The position numbers and the translations under genes are program-made. The notes under the pieces are model-generated. The model did no database searches. It was given only the letters and a program-made list of their open reading frames with translations, and was not told where the DNA came from. Positions 61,134-64,000 of a DNA stretch of 64,000 nucleotides are shown piece by piece. Position 1 is the first letter of the stretch. The number at the start of each line of letters is the position of its first letter. This stretch comes from Nymphaea colorata (taxonomy: Eukaryota). The DNA is taken from positions 28,024,001-28,088,000 of the forward strand of contig NC_045138.2 in assembly GCF_008831285.2 (NCBI RefSeq). Reading direction: 5' to 3'.

Positions 61134-63609
61134 CTGCAATGAAAGAACAACCAAGAGCGGAATGAATGGATTATGATCCTTTCAGCCCCAAACCACTGAT
61201 CAGTGCGTCTATTTCTTTTCCAAATAGTCTTTTCCCGAAGATATAATGACAGAGTTAATTATGCATATTAGAATTTCCTTTACCTGTAGAAATGAGGATC
61301 CCCTCTGTGTTTCATTAACTTTTATGTCTTTCATAAGATCTAGAACAGTAGGTATTGCTTTTAGAATCTGATTCCATGCTACCCATATTTAGTGAGGTTT
61401 TTAAGTAATCCATTGCGCAACTCGACAACTGAAAAATCTCCAACCTGCAGGCTAGGTCGCTGGTGGCTGACATCATCAGCGTAAGCACCCTCCAGGAAGC
61501 AAGACATGTCTCAGGATGCTTGACCGTTTGATTCGTAAAAGCAACTCGGGATGCGTGTCGTCTCTTTGTCTGTGCTAAGGCCGAATCAGCTTTCTTGCAG
61601 CTTAGAGATGGCCGATGTGAGAAATTGAGAATCTTTTTATGCGTCTTATTTCACAGCGACTTATAACAATGTTACAAGTATAACAAAAGAAATAAAACTG
61701 AAATAAAAGACACAATCAACTTTTCATAACATAACAAGGACAATTTTTTTTTCTTAATTGCCTCATTTACATGCTGCAACTCTAGCTATGGAACATATTG
61801 AAACTGGATTGGTTTTGTTAGCCTTTCAGAAAATTTGAACAGGTTGGTCTCCTTTTCTCCAATTTTTTGGCTCTACTGAGTCCAATCTGATGCTTATTTT
61901 TCTATTTGAGTCAGATCCATTTGCACCCATTTGAGTGGGATGAGAGTAACTGAGTCCAGGCATCGGCACCAAAATCTGATGCCGAAAAATAAGGTTCAGG
62001 TTGATTAATTTATTCAAAGAAAACCACAAGTGTTCTCCGAGCAATCACCTACTCATCCTCTAATTCATCCTTTACAATATACAGGAATTTTAACAAGCTC
62101 AACTAACACCCTTCAAGAGTTTATATGACAAGATTTACTACTATTTGTGACGCAACGCTTTTGATTAATGTCTAGTATATCCACTGAACATGAGGCAATT
62201 GAGTTCATGACTTTCTTGGCCGTGAAGAAATTTGAATGGGGAGCTTTTCTCACCTGATGTTGATGCTACAGGACTAACACCCATGAGCAAGTCCAAGCAA
62301 TCAAACACACCCAGGGAGCACAATCCTTGGCGCAAGAATTACAGAAAAAGGGAGACAAGATTGACTCAGGTAAAGAGAGATATAGGTGAAGGATGAAAGG
62401 TAGGGATAAAGACTGCACTTTCATGGAAAGTTTTGCCAGTCTTTGTCATGAGAGACGTCACCTTCTCTTATTTTATTCTATTTTAGGTCACGTTTTCCTC
62501 GCTTCAGATCTATCTCACATGTATGGATTTTAGGCAAAAAGTAAATTCTTCTGTTTAAATGACACTGGGGCCGAATTTATAAATTGATTTGAAGAATCCT
62601 TCTCTTTTCTAAGTAAAACACACAGACACCTATCAACTAAAGGATCATGCATCCATATATTGTAATAATATATAAGAGTAGGGCTAACCTTCATTTTCCT
62701 TAAAAGGCTTCTTTTTAAAAGGTGGAAGCGAAACAAAAATTTCTCTTTTTTCTAAAATTGCCCATGGGGTGCTGCAATTTTACATGAAAAGTACGCCTGA
62801 ATTTAAAATTTCTTGAGGGGCATGAAAATCCAAGAGAGATAGAGGGAGAGATCGTTCACCAACCAGTTTATTAGTTACTGTTGCTTTCAGAAATTAGGTG
62901 CTATGCGTTAGCTGGGCAAACTGTAAAATTAGGTCAACTCAATACTTTTGTTGGTACTTGCATGAATATTTTACTTTTTACCTCACTTTTTGTTTGCGTG
63001 CATTTCAGTAGTTCTTGACTGGATGGTTGATTAGGTCTAAGGAGACATGAATGCCCTAAAATATTGCATGAAAGCGCTACACCAACATTGGAAACATACA
63101 ATAAGAATGTGAATATCACTTTTAAGAACTATAAAAATATTTTTTGGCCAGGGTTGAAGGAGAAAACACACTTTAGAGAGAGAGATTTGTACCAACAATT
63201 CTTCCAAAGGTAGCTGTGTATGGCTTTACCGTTACTGTTAGGTGAATGAAATGGTCAATGGTTCAACCTACCAATACCATCAAACCACTTTATTTTTCAA
63301 TTTTTGTTATGTTTTTCTCTTCTTCTTCTTCTTCTCTTTTTTCGAACTTTATCCTGTTTTTTCCTTTTTCATTTTTTTGGGTGGGAAGGTTGAGTAGTTT
63401 GTTCAACATATTTTACCCCGTTTCTAGACAGAACTTCTCCCATATCTAATCGATTATCTAATACTATTTACAACCAAGCACCGTGAGGAGATTCTCACGT
63501 CTACACTTTGAAAAGGTCAATTTGGTCCCCATCTTTCCTTGATGAAGAAGCAATGGAACCACTCAAAAAGGATTGGTTTGTCTTTTATAAATTAAAAAAA
63601 AAAAGCTTA

Positions 63610-63612
<3 letters not shown>

Positions 63613-63689
<77 letters not shown>
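63613..63689. repeat. (TA)n microsatellite
   Basis: About 38 TA units. Confidence 0.95.
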
Positions 63690-63691
<2 letters not shown>

Positions 63692-64000
63692 TTTATTGTG
63701 GTCCTCATCTAAGAAGACAACCAAATAAATGTATTTACCTAAGCGGTTCAGGGCGTGCGCTTGCATCCTGTGTTAAAAGCCCAAGATGACTCAGCTGAGG
63801 GCTGCAATCTTAGGAAGCGTGTTAAATTCAACATTGAACGTGCAAATTATGATAAGGTCTAAGAGGTTAGGCAACGCTTATCGGAACAACAGCTGGTAGG
63901 ATGTCAGGATGTGAGCTTTCCGTTCAATTTATTCAAGCAGGCGACAAAATCTCTCAGTCGACGACTGGTAGGAAAAAACAAAATGAACTATTACCCAATA

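Noticed and set aside
61200..64000. Exon 1 of GDSL E
   Set aside because: No GDS motif or signal peptide was found. It probably lies beyond the window, so E is neither completed nor called a pseudogene.

Overview
Flowering-plant (angiosperm-like) nuclear DNA with spliceosomal GT-AG genes; I cannot fix the species from the sequence. The left end holds one intact six-exon VPS32/SNF7 (ESCRT-III) gene on the minus strand, whose protein starts with a myristoylation-like MGGSSS. The rest (about 9-64 kb) is a minus-strand tandem array of at least nine secreted GDSL/SGNH esterase-lipase loci. Four look intact (A1, A2, C, D), one is cut by the window edge (E), three are decayed pseudogenes (B1, B2, A3), and one (B3) is otherwise intact but split by a full-length Copia element in exon 1. 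The array arose through recent overlapping segmental duplications. It carries many transposons: a Copia element, a near-intact L1-type LINE, a TRIM, three solo LTRs, a truncated LTR element and several hAT-type MITEs with 8-bp TSDs. The most novel-looking signal is the LINE. It has no poly(A) tail, is flanked on both sides by (CT)n/(GA)n, and an older related 3' end nearby also abuts (GA)n, which suggests a microsatellite-targeting plant LINE family. The second is a Cys-clamped hypervariable loop beside GDSL block III, together with C-terminal tail extensions, across the paralogs. All coordinates and alignments were read by eye.
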